The notes under the pieces: model-generated
Databases searched by the model: none
What the model was told of the DNA's origin: nothing
The model's input: the letters and a program-made list of their open reading frames with translations, nothing else
Position numbers and translations under genes: made by a program
Assembly (NCBI GenBank): GCA_951406725.2
Contig: OX597817.1
Location: 174,158,001 to 174,222,000 of the forward strand
DNA length: 64,000 bases
Source: Octopus vulgaris
Taxonomy: Eukaryota
Direction: 5' to 3'
Shown: positions 37,318 through 47,952 of the stretch, one piece after another
Layout: each line of letters starts with the position of its first letter
Numbering within the stretch: position 1 is the stretch's first letter

Positions 37318-38200
37318 TATAGATGGCCTCCAAAATTTGAGGTGTACTTATTTCGTAGGCACTGGAACAATAAAAGGCAAACTCCACCATTACAGGATTT
37401 GAATTTAGATCATAGCTACAACTAAATACTGCAAGTTATTTTCTCCATCACTGCACCATGACGCTGTCCTCTCACTGATTTTAATATTGAATTTTACATA
37501 AACTTGAGAATCGTAAATAAATGTTTTCAAGTTTATCGTTTTCCTTTTAATGTTACACCGAAACTGTCTTATTTTTACTTACAGCAAATCAGTTCAGATC
37601 TAAATTTAGATTCTCAGTTTTCCAGTTACCATGTTTTATTGGAAAACAAGCAGAAGTGATTTTAGGTACATCTGCTAACTATCTTCTTCGAAATCAGCTT
37701 GAAGTATATTTAGCATCTATAGTAGTTCGTCATTTTCTAATTTCATCACAGTGTTACGCTGACATTTCGTAAATACCTCACCATCATCATCTTGTTATGT
37801 CATTGCAGCCTGTCATTTGACATTATCACATATAACTGTGTTGTTTCATGTTGCCATTCGCTGCTTTATTTATTCATTTCCTGTCAGACCTGATCTCAAC
37901 ATTGCGCTATCATTGACTTTCGTTTCAAACAAAGATTATTTACCTGCATGAAGTTTGTAGCTGTGTCTACAACTTTATTGCTTATATGTAAGCTGTTTGA
38001 TTATATTTAACTCTTTAGCATTCAAACTCGTCATATCCAACCCAAATATTCTACCTGTTTTATGTCCAGACTGGCCAGATCTAGCATCTCACACATACCC
38101 TACAATATCATTCTAAAAATATACAATCACATCATTGAAATCTCAAAGCTTCAAGATAATGCATGATTAATTCAATATAATGTGAATAAATAAGCATTAC

Positions 38201-38708
38201 GAGTGTGATCGTTGACAGAGCGGCTAACCGGCTTCCGTGCCAGTGGCACATAAAAGGACACCATTTGAGTATGATCGTTACCGGCGTTGCCTTACCAGCA
38301 CTTGTGCCCTATGCTAGTAGGGTGCCAAGAGCACCATCCGAGTGTGATCGTTGCCAGAGCAGCCAACTGGCTTCCGTGATAGTGGCATGTAAATGGGCAC
38401 CATTCGAGCGTGATTGTTACCAACATCACTTCACTGGCACCTGTGCCGGTGGCACGTGTAAAAAGATCCGAGCGAGGTCATTGCCAGTACCGCCTGACTG
38501 GCGCCCATGCTGGTGGCACGTAAAAAGCACCCACTACACTCTCAGAGTGGTTGGTGTTAGGAAGAGCATCCAGCTGTAGAAACTCTGCCAGATCAAGATT
38601 GGAGCCTGGTGCAGCCATCTGGTTCACCAGCCCTCAGTCAAAATCGTCCAACCCATGCTAGCATGGAAAGCGGACGTTAAACAATGATGATGATGATGAT
38701 GATGATGA
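38201..38708 (+). mobile_element. RTE 3' UTR/tail fragment inserted in a piggyBac-type MITE (38011-38741)
   Basis: RTE tail with (GAT)n; the flanks join into the 8693-8914 MITE family with TTAA ends. Confidence 0.8.
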
Positions 38709-39059
38709 TACACTTGACAAAGTAATCTGAATGTTAAAAAGTTAAACTATTTACCACTGTCACAGGAATTCAGATGTCCCACAGAAGTGGGTAGTTAGTT
38801 TTATGGTTTTGCTCCGAGAACATCCATACTAGTAATAGGTTGATGACTAACTCTATATTCACACAATCTATAAAAGCTTTATAATAGAGATTTAAAGTCT
38901 TCCAGTTCTTTATAGCTTAAACAGACATTGTGTGTGGCTTGTATATTATATAGAACACAATACGAACTATTGATAGTGGGAGTAAACCCATATTCTTTCA
39001 TAAATTTAAAGAATTCTGCACATGTGAATTGTGGTTTGTTGTTTGTCAATAATTTGACT

Positions 39060-39216
39060 GGTGTGTGACTGTGTGGTAAGCAGTATGTTGCCTAACCACA
39101 TGGCTTCAGGTTCAGTCCCACTGCATGACACATTGGGGAAAGTGTCTTTTTACTATAACTCCAAAGCCCTGTGAGTAAATTTGTTAGATGAAAACTGAAA
39201 GAAGCCCATTATACAA

Positions 39217-39247
<31 letters not shown>

Positions 39248-39492
39248 TGCGTTTTACTGTCTTCTTGCCTTGACATCACATAAATGAGTGTCATCATTAT
39301 ACAAATGGTGTCCTTCATTTCCAGTCTTCCATTGAAACATTTCTTGTCATGGGGAAATAGTAACTTACTTGGAAACAAATGAGGGTTGGCAACTGGAAAG
39401 GCATCTGGTAATAGAAAATCTGCTTCAACAAGTTCTGTCCAACCCAAGCAAGCACGGAAAAGTAGATGTTAAAAAATGATGAAAGTGATGAT
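39060..39492 (+). mobile_element. SINE family 'F': B-type head with an RTE-type tail
   Basis: Head as in 24272-24430; tail GTTGGCAAC..GGCATC..TAGAAA..CCAACCC..GGAAAAG..GTTAAA(GAT)n resembles the RTE 3' end. Confidence 0.7.
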
Positions 39493-40233
39493 ATATCCCA
39501 CCTTTAGATAACATCCACCTAATTCAACACAATATAAAGCAATTAGGTGGGGTCGGGGGATACCAATTAATATCTTGTCATTTACATTGTATTATGTCTG
39601 TAATGAAGAATGATGACTATCAAATGACCCCTAATCTGACTAACTGGAAAATGGATACTGAAGGTAGGAACAGCTGCTCTTTTAATTGTTTCAACGTGGC
39701 CATACTGCGAATTAGTTGCAGAATTCAACTCTGGTGCTTATATTTTTTAAAGTTTGGTACTTATTATATCAGTTTCTTTTGCTGAGGTGTTAAGTGATAG
39801 GGACATAAACAAACAGTCACCAATTGTCAAGTGGTGTGGGAACATACACAAAGACAAACAAACACACATATACAAGTTGTCTTTAGGAAATCAAAGATTA
39901 AAGATATTAATGATATAACTTCGGATACAGCAGGGCTGTCACGGAACCATCAGTGTTGGAGAGTACTGGTGGACCTGGTCAACTCAATGCATTATAACAT
40001 CCCTGGGACCACTAACCTAGGAAGAATCCCAGCCCCCATCAAGCAAGAGCATATATATATATATATATAGTTATCGCCATACTTATATGGCAGTCTTATA
40101 AATATAAGACTAAAACTGTCGCTGATTAGCTCCAAGGGGCCACCACCTCAAGCTAACTATTTGACACACAATCTGCGTCCATTATAAACCTTCGAACAGG
40201 GGAGGTCAGCCGCTTCATCCTGCCAGTCAGACA

Positions 40234-40276
40234 GCTGCAGACATGTTTCAGGGTATTTGCCCTTTATCAATGCAGC
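40234..40276 (-). ncRNA. Minimal type I hammerhead ribozyme, U3-A8 variant (antisense copy)
   Basis: Exact reverse complement of 40565-40607. Confidence 0.65.
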
Positions 40277-40564
40277 GTAGTCAGAAGGTTTATAATGGAT
40301 GCAGATTGTGTATCAAATAGTTAGCTTGAGGTGGTGGCCCCTTGGCGCTAATCAGCGACAGCTTTAGTCTTATATTTATAAGACTGCCATATAAGTATGG
40401 CGATAACTATTAATTTCCAGTAACGCTGCCGTAATCTCCTTTAGAGAGACTTAGTAATTTTAATATTTCTATTATTGAAAACAAGTGGATGTATTCCACT
40501 GAAACTAGGTAAATAGATTCTTCGAACAGGACAGTCAGTAGCGACACCTGCTGGGTGTGACTAC

Positions 40565-40607
40565 GCTGCATTGATAAAGGGCAAATACCCTGAAACATGT
40601 CTGCAGC
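40565..40607 (+). ncRNA. Minimal type I hammerhead ribozyme, U3-A8 variant
   Basis: GCTGCA-TTGATAA-AGGG caaata CCCT-GAAA-CATG-TC-TGCAGC: perfect 6-bp stem I, 4-bp stem II, palindromic stem III, GUC site. Confidence 0.7.
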
Positions 40608-41104
40608 TGTCTGACTGGCAGGATGAAGCGGCTGACCTCCCCTGTTCGAAGGTTTATAATGGACGCAGATTGTGTATCAAATAGTTAGCTTGAGGTGGTG
40701 GTCCCTTGGAGCTAATCAGCGACAGCTTTAGTCTTATATTTATAAGACTGCCATATTAGTATGGCGATAACTATTAATTTCCAGTAACGCTGCCATAATC
40801 TCCTTTAGAGAGACTTAGTAATTTTAATATTTCTATTATATATATATATATATATATCATCATCATCATCATCATCATCGTTTAACGTCCGCTTTCCGCG
40901 CTAGCACGGGTTGGACGGTTCAACCGGGTCTGGGAAGCCAGGGGCCGCTCCAGGCTCCAGTCTGAATCTGGCAGAGTTTCTACGGCTGGATGCCCTTCCT
41001 AACGCCAACCACTCCGTGAGTGGATTGGGTGCTTTTTACGTGCCACCTGCACAGGGGCCGGAGGGTCCGGCATCGGTCACGATCGGTTCGAGCATTTTAA
41101 CGTG

Positions 41105-44100
41105 TCAGCGGCACGGGGGCAACGAGGTCCGGGGTACTTTGGGGATCGGGGTACTTTGGAGATCCAGGGTACTTTGGGGATCCGGGGTACTTAGAATGGG
41201 TAGGGGGTATGTGAAATTGCTGCAGAAAGCAGCCCGGGTCTTTGTAGTCACAGCATATCTCCAGAGATCTCGGTCCTTCGCCATTGCCACAGTGAGGCCC
41301 AATGCTCTGAGGTCATGCTTGACCACCTCATCCCATGTCTTCCTGGGTCTACCTCTCCCCCTGACACCTTCAACTGTTTGGGAGTGGCACTTTATCACAC
41401 ATCTCTCTTCATCCATCCGCAGCACATGACCATACCATCGCAAGCGTCGCTCTTGCACACCACATCTGATGCTTCTTATATCCAGCATTTCTCTCAGGAT
41501 GCTTACACTCTGTCTTGCGTGCACACTGACACTACACATCCAGCGGATCATGCTAGCTTCATTTCTTTCAAGTCTACGCATGTCTTCTGCAGTCACAGCC
41601 CAAGTTTCATTACCGTGAAGCATGGCAGTTCGCACACATGCATCATACAATCTACCTTTTGCTCTGAGGGAGAGACCTTTTGTTGCCAGTAGGGGTAGGA
41701 GCTTTCTGAACTTTGCCCAGGCTATTCGTATTCTAGTGGTGATACTCTCTGTGCATCCACCTCCGCTACTAACTTGGTCACCCAGGTAGCGGAAACTATC
41801 AACTACTTCTAGTTTCTCTCCCTGGAGTGTGATGGAATCTGTTTTCTGAGTGTCTGTTGTGTCTATTGTCCCTGTGCATCTGCCGCACATGAAAGCTATC
41901 TTATCTGTTAATTTCCTTTTAATGTTGCTGCACCTCTTATGTGTCCATAACTTACATTGGGTGCATCTTATGGAGTTTCTACCTGTACCTTTCCTACAGG
42001 TTGAGCAGGGCCACCTACCCGAGGGGATGTGTGCTGAGTACCTCTTGCTGCTTACTAATACTTTGGTCTTTGCTACATTTATTCTAAGGCCCTTTGATTC
42101 CAACCCTTGCTTCCACACCCGAAATTTCTCTTCTAGTTCCGGTAGTGATTCTGCTATGAGAGCTAGGTCATCGGCATAGAGGAGCTCCCAGGGGCATCCC
42201 GTTTTGAATTCCTCTGTTATTGCCTGAAGGACTATGATGAATAAAAGGGGACTGAGGGCTGAGCCCTGGTGCACACCTACTTCTACCCGGAATTCTTCAC
42301 TATATTCGTTGCCAATCCTAACCTTGCTGACAGCCTCTCTGTATAGAGCCTGTACAGCCCTTATTAGCCATTCTTCAATCTCCAGTTTCCGCATCGACCA
42401 CCAGATAAGGGAACGGGGAACCCTGTCAAAGGCTTTCTCCAAGTCTACAAAAGCTATGTAGAGGGGTTTATCTTTAGCTAGGTACTTCTCCTGCAGTTGT
42501 CGGACCAGGAATATAGCATCAGTGGTGCTTCTACCTGGTACAAAACCGAACTGCATTTCATCTAAACAAATTCTCTCCCTAATGAGATTGGTTATGACCT
42601 TCTCTGAGACCTTCATCACCTGGTCCAACAGTTTGATACCTCTGTAGTTATTTCTATCTAGAGCATCACCCTTACCCTTGTAGCAGTTGACTATGGTGCT
42701 GCTGCACCAGTCATTGGGTATGACTCCATTGTGAACTACCTGGTTTACAATGCGGGTGACTATGGCATAGCCCACATAGCCAGCTGTTTTAAGCATCTCA
42801 GCAGTGATTCTTGATAGGCCAGGGGCTTTGCCTGGTTTCATATCCTTAATTGCCTTATCTACAAGGGAGCTGTCTATTCGGGTAGCTGGTCCCTCTACTG
42901 GGTCAACATTTGGCAGGCTCTCCTCATCCCATTCATTCTCCTCATTCAGCAGTCTTTCATAATGGCTTCTCCAAGCCTCTTTCTTTTCACTAGTAGTAAA
43001 AGCAAGTGCCCCATCATCCATGCGGACACATTTCTCTCCTATAACATCGCTATTTTCTCTGACACACTGTCTGGCAATCCGAAATACTTCAGCTCTTTGA
43101 TCCTCGCGACGCTGGACATTGGCAAACTTCTTCTTTTCTGCTACATCTTTGGCAATGTATACCTGCCGCCCAGCCTCCCTTTTGGCTATCTGGTACAGTT
43201 CCCTGCTGCCCCCATCCTTCCAGGCTTTCCAGGCCCGTCTCTTTTCACAGATGGCTTTATCTACTGCACTATTCCACCACCACGTAATTCTAGGTCTGGA
43301 AGGGACTTTGCACCATCCACAGACTTGGTCTGTGGCACTCAACAAGCTGTCCCGTAGGAATTCCCAGCTACCTTCTATTTCTGACGTCTGAAGCTCCTTC
43401 TCCCTCTCATCAAATTTCTTGATGAGTATGTCCCTAAATTTCTGACCATGCGAAGGGTTCTTTAGCCGCCAAATCCTTCTTTTCTGGATTGGTTTGTTTC
43501 TTGGAGTCCTTCTGGCCTCAAGCTTAAAGTCACTGATGATTAGTCTATGCTGAGGGATACATTCTTCACCCGGGAGGGTCTTTGTATTCAAGAGCAACCC
43601 TGCATCCCGTTGTCTGGTGAGGATGAAGTCTATTTGGCTAGCGGAGTCTCCTGACTGATAAGTTATAAGGTGGCAGACTGGCTTCTTGAAGTTAGTGTTG
43701 CAGATTGAAAGGTTACATGCATCACAGAATTCCAGCAGTCTAGTTCCCTCATCATTTCTGGTGCCAATACCATAGCCACCATGTACCCCAGTGAAGATAC
43801 CCGATTCCCTCCCAACATGCCCATTAAAATCTCCACCTACAAAGATGAGGTCCTTGTTACTAGTCTTTGAAGTAGCCTGCAGAAGGGTATCATAAAAGTT
43901 GTCCTTCTGATCATTTGGTAGTCCCGCTTGTGGGGCATAGGCTGAGATAATCATAGCTGTGCCACTCTGTAGGACCAACCTGAGCTTAAGCACTCTATCA
44001 CAAACCCTGACAACCTCTATGACCTTATCCACCCATTCCTCCGCAAGGAGAATGCCTACACCCCCTACACCTTCCGCGTTACCTTGCCAGTAGAGTTTGT

Positions 44101-44374
44101 ACCTAAGTGCCTTGCCCGTGAGGACCCTAGCCGAAGCACCTCTCCATCTTACCTCTTGTATGCAGCATACATCAACCTGTCTTCTCTCTAGCATCTCTAC
44201 AATCTCACTAGACTTGCCTGTCAATGTACCAACATTGATAGTGCCAACTCTGAAAACTGGGAAGGAGATGTGGGGGGCGGGCGGGGGGATTCGGCGCCTG
44301 AGAAGAGGAGGGTTGTTGTGGTGGTGATAGTTTTCGTGGTATTTTTCTTTTGATCTCTCTTCCAACCTGACCAC
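41105..44374 (-). CDS. RTE polyprotein: AP endonuclease + reverse transcriptase + PHD-type zinc finger
   Basis: APE motifs GTINVG, CIQE, SAYAP, GDFNGH, SQIDFIL; RT motifs NYRGIKLL, QFGF, FVDLEKAFD, GVHQGS, LYADD; C4HC3 (CSTC..CTQC..HKRC..CGRC); no internal stop. Confidence 0.96.
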   Translation of the reverse strand: MVRLEERSKEKYHENYHHHNNPPLLRRRIPPPAPHISFPVFRVGTINVGTLTGKSSEIVEMLERRQVDVCCIQEVRWRGASARVLTGKALRYKLYWQGNAEGVGGVGILLAEEWVDKVIEVVRVCDRVLKLRLVLQSGTAMIISAYAPQAGLPNDQKDNFYDTLLQATSKTSNKDLIFVGGDFNGHVGRESGIFTGVHGGYGIGTRNDEGTRLLEFCDACNLSICNTNFKKPVCHLITYQSGDSASQIDFILTRQRDAGLLLNTKTLPGEECIPQHRLIISDFKLEARRTPRNKPIQKRRIWRLKNPSHGQKFRDILIKKFDEREKELQTSEIEGSWEFLRDSLLSATDQVCGWCKVPSRPRITWWWNSAVDKAICEKRRAWKAWKDGGSRELYQIAKREAGRQVYIAKDVAEKKKFANVQRREDQRAEVFRIARQCVRENSDVIGEKCVRMDDGALAFTTSEKKEAWRSHYERLLNEENEWDEESLPNVDPVEGPATRIDSSLVDKAIKDMKPGKAPGLSRITAEMLKTAGYVGYAIVTRIVNQVVHNGVIPNDWCSSTIVNCYKGKGDALDRNNYRGIKLLDQVMKVSEKVITNLIRERICLDEMQFGFVPGRSTTDAIFLVRQLQEKYLAKDKPLYIAFVDLEKAFDRVPRSLIWWSMRKLEIEEWLIRAVQALYREAVSKVRIGNEYSEEFRVEVGVHQGSALSPLLFIIVLQAITEEFKTGCPWELLYADDLALIAESLPELEEKFRVWKQGLESKGLRINVAKTKVLVSSKRYSAHIPSGRWPCSTCRKGTGRNSIRCTQCKLWTHKRCSNIKRKLTDKIAFMCGRCTGTIDTTDTQKTDSITLQGEKLEVVDSFRYLGDQVSSGGGCTESITTRIRIAWAKFRKLLPLLATKGLSLRAKGRLYDACVRTAMLHGNETWAVTAEDMRRLERNEASMIRWMCSVSVHARQSVSILREMLDIRSIRCGVQERRLRWYGHVLRMDEERCVIKCHSQTVEGVRGRGRPRKTWDEVVKHDLRALGLTVAMAKDRDLWRYAVTTKTRAAFCSNFTYPLPILSTPDPQSTLDLQSTPIPKVPRTSLPPCR

Positions 44375-44802
44375 GCCGTGGGCAGGAGCTGGTGTTAGCA
44401 GTGGACATTCGTTATCGTCACTGAGTAACGTAATTAGGTAGAGGAAAGAAATACAGATATTCTAGAGTTGAGTTGGGGAGGGGGGTCCAGTTGAGGCAGG
44501 TAATATAGGGAGCAACCAGTGGGGAAGGTTGGGGTAAGGAGGAACGATGGCAGGAAGGGTTGGTGTAGGTTCGTAAGAAATAAAAACGTAGGATATTACG
44601 AGGCGGGAGGGTACTAAAAGGGGATGGTCGGATTGAGGCAGTGTCAGGAGGAAGCGTAAGATCGGTGGGCAGTTGATGAGCTATGGCGCTAGCAGCTTGT
44701 CTTTTCACAGTGAAAGCATATGAGGAGAAGGGGTAGTGGGGGGAGGAGGAGGAGGGAGTAGGGCGTATCCAGTGTAGATGAGTAGGGCGTATCCGGTGTA
44801 GA

Positions 44803-44978
44803 TGGTGAGAACAGGGTATACTGGTATTGGTGGTGGGGGTGAGAACAGTGTTCACCGGTATTGGTGGTGGCGGTGAGAACAGTGTTCACCGGTATTGGTG
44901 GTGGGGGTGAGAACAGTGTTCACCGGTATTGGTGGTGGGGGTGAGAACAGTGTTCATCGGTATTGGTGGTGGGGGTGG
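44803..44978. repeat. 34-bp tandem repeat (about 5 units) in the RTE 5' UTR
   Basis: GGTATTGGTGGTGGGGGTGAGAACAGTGTTCACC at 44823, 44857, 44891 and 44925. Confidence 0.9.
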
Positions 44979-45134
44979 GGGCGGGCGCACCGCCGATGGC
45001 GGAAAGATGGGGAAAGATGGGATTACGGCTTGAGGTAGCCTAAGGTTAAATTTCGTAGAGAGAGAGATAGGAAAGATAAATCAAGTTATGGCGAAGGCTT
45101 GAAAGTAGCCTATATATATAAAATTATCATTATA

Positions 45135-45183
<49 letters not shown>

Positions 45184-45513
45184 GATTAATGTGGTATTTA
45201 AGTTTAGGCACCAGAATTTAGTATGGTATTATCCATACAATTTCAAAGTAAGGTAATTAAAATCAAAATAAGCAACAAGGATATCGAAAGGTAATGCAGT
45301 ACGATCATTTCATGCAACTTCATTTAATTGAACAATGCAATCATATACGTTTATATTTTTGTTTTGCAAGATTCTTGATGTGAAATCGTGTGTTGAAACA
45401 GATATTGTTGTATTTAGGGATGGTCGTTTTGCCAGTTTAGCCAATAAAAAAACACGCACTATATATTTGGTGTTAATTTGCTTCTGCTTAATTTTTTACA
45501 TTAATCTTAATTT

Positions 45514-45557
45514 GGCCAGAGTTCTTTCATCACACTTCTGTGACCTCATCAGTGGTC
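45514..45557 (-). ncRNA. Minimal type I hammerhead ribozyme (canonical core)
   Basis: Minus strand gacca-CTGATGA-g-GTCACA gaag TGTGAT-GAAA-gaac-TC-tggcc. Confidence 0.6.
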
Positions 45558-45848
45558 CTTTACTTTCTTCTTTCTTATTAGTGTGTCTCTCCTTACTAAC
45601 AATCAGCCATTTTGTATTTTGTATTCCTATTGTATGTCATTATTTGTGCATGTGTATACCCCTATGTGTGTCTATGTAAGTATGTGTGTGTGTGAGGGGA
45701 GATGCCTGTATTATCTGTATCCCCTGTTTATACAACTTCGTGTAATTTGTTTTTATTTATTTTGTTCATGTGTTTATACCAACTTATTTTTTTTGTATTT
45801 AATTTAATTTTTTTTTATTAAATACAAACTTTTCATATATATATATGA

Positions 45849-46521
45849 ACTTTCAGAACAAGAGAGAAGGAGACACTCATGGTCCTCTGGAAAACATTCG
45901 TCCTCAGCCGCTTGGACTACTGTTCCCAACTATGGTCACCACACAATATAAAACTAACAGCAGAACTTGAAGCAATTCAGAGAAGCTACACAAAGAAGAT
46001 CGTCTCAATGCAAAATATCAGCTACTGGGAAAGACTGAAAGTATTAAACCTCTTCTCCCTAGAGCGGAGACGGGAGAGATATGCAGTGATATACATCTGG
46101 AAAATCCTGGAGGGTCTTGTCCCAAACTTTGGCATTCAAAGTTACCCCAACCGCAGAACGGGGCGCCACTGCATGGTGCCAAAGATTCCTACATCACCAT
46201 CAAAATACAGGTCCAGATACTGCAACAGCTTGGGTTTCAGAGGACCACAGCTCTTTAACATCCTCCCTAAATGCCTGAGAGACTTACATGGTGTGGATGT
46301 GGGTTTCTTTAAAACTAAACTGGATCTCTTCTTGTCGGGAGTCCCAGATGAACCTACCTCACGACAGGAAACGCAGATGCGGGCAGCAGCACCGAACTCC
46401 CTTGTTGATCAAGTGCCACGTATCAGAGGTGGATTCACATATTAGTATAGCTCATTCAGCGGTGGTGCCCCAGCATGGCCGCGGCCTTCAGGCGAAAACA
46501 TTTTTAAGGATTTAAGGATTT
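45849..46521 (+). mobile_element. 5'-truncated CR1/L2-group LINE
   Basis: Open frame LWKTFVLSRLDYCSQLWSP..LEAIQR..LNLFSLERRRER..GPQLFNILP; (TTTAAGGA)n tail. Confidence 0.88.
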
Positions 46522-47952
46522 ATATATACATACACACACACATATACATATATATGTATTTATTGATATTCAGCAGAAGCAAAAGAGTGACTCAAGAGGC
46601 GAGAGTCACTCTGATGCTTCTGCAAAATATTAATAAAAATATGCATATACTCATGTTCTGAGTTCTGTTTTTCCTGTTTGCATCACCATACCTATCGTGG
46701 CTGTGTGGTAAGAAGCTTGTTTCCCAACCACATGGTTCTGAGTTCAGTCTCACTATATAACACCATGGTCAAGTGTCTTCTATATGTGTGTGTCTTTGTA
46801 GCTGTGTTCTTCTCATCACTGCTGAACAATGGGTGTTGGTGTGTTTACATCCTCATAACTTAACAGTTCAGCAAAAGAGACTGATAAAATAAGTACTAGA
46901 CATAAAAAAACATAAGTCTTGGGATCAATTAGTTTGACTAAAACCCTTCAAGGCAGTGCTTCAGCATGGCCACAGTCAAATGACTGAAACAAGTAAAAGA
47001 ATATATATGTGTAGAAAAGCCACCTACCCCCTTGTTACAAATTCCTCACATCCCCCTTTCTCTGTGTGTGTGTGTGTGCCTGTGTGTATTTATGAAAGTA
47101 TGTATGCAGCATTGCATGTATATGACAGCTGTGGTAACATTACCATCCCATTGCCACTGTTGTTCTTACATGCGTGTGTATGTGTGTGTGTGGTAGACAA
47201 GAGATGAGGTCTCTGCAATTTTTTGTTGAGTAACCTGCACAGGCGATTTGGTTATAGTGATCGAACGTTTGTGCTGCATATTAGTTTGGATCTTCCAAAT
47301 CAAAACTGCCTTATACAGGAGCATGGTGTGCCACACATCAGGTGTCTAAATGATTACAGAGCAAGGCAAGATGAAGTGTTTTCCTCAAAAACACAATGCA
47401 ACACCTGGGCTAGGAATTGAAATCATAATCACAAGATCATGAGTACAACACCTTAACCACTAGACTACATATAGATATGTGTGTGTTCATCTATGTAATT
47501 GTCTCCTCATGTGACATGTGTTAATGATTCTTACTATACAAGTAATGTTCATTCCCAATCCTCTATGGAAACATATCTGGCTATAGGGAAATATCACCTT
47601 GCTTGGAAACAGGTGATGCTTAGCAACAAGATTATCATCTGCAGCCCCATCAAATTTTGCCTTACTCATGCAAACATAGAACAGTGGACATTAAATAATC
47701 ATAACAATGATGATGATGATGATGATTACAGTATTTCATTGCTTTGTTTGGGTTATGGATATAGTAACTCTCATTTCAGCTGCAGGAAATGTTTTGCAAT
47801 TGGAGAAATGTGTACACTGTCAAGGAAACTACAAGGCTTTTGGATTAAGTGTCGCTCATTGGAACGAAAGACTTGAAGACTATGAAATGGGGTAAGAAGT
47901 TTGCTTCCCAACCACATGGATCCACATTCAGTTCCACTGTGTGGTATCTTGG

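Larger units (their letters stand above)
40067..40838. mobile_element. Penelope-like/retrozyme-like element: inverted plus partial tandem repeats with hammerheads
   Basis: 40067-40283 is the reverse complement of 40558-40774; 40284-40474 repeats directly at 40648-40838 (period 364); flanked by (TA)n. Confidence 0.7.
40857..45110 (-). mobile_element. Full-length RTE-clade LINE
   Basis: About 4.25 kb, (GAT)n tail at 40857-40880, 5' UTR to about 45110, (TA)n on both sides. Confidence 0.92.

Noticed and set aside
40911-44327. Plus-strand ORFs overlapping the RTE
   Set aside because: Antisense shadows of the RTE coding frame with no independent motifs.
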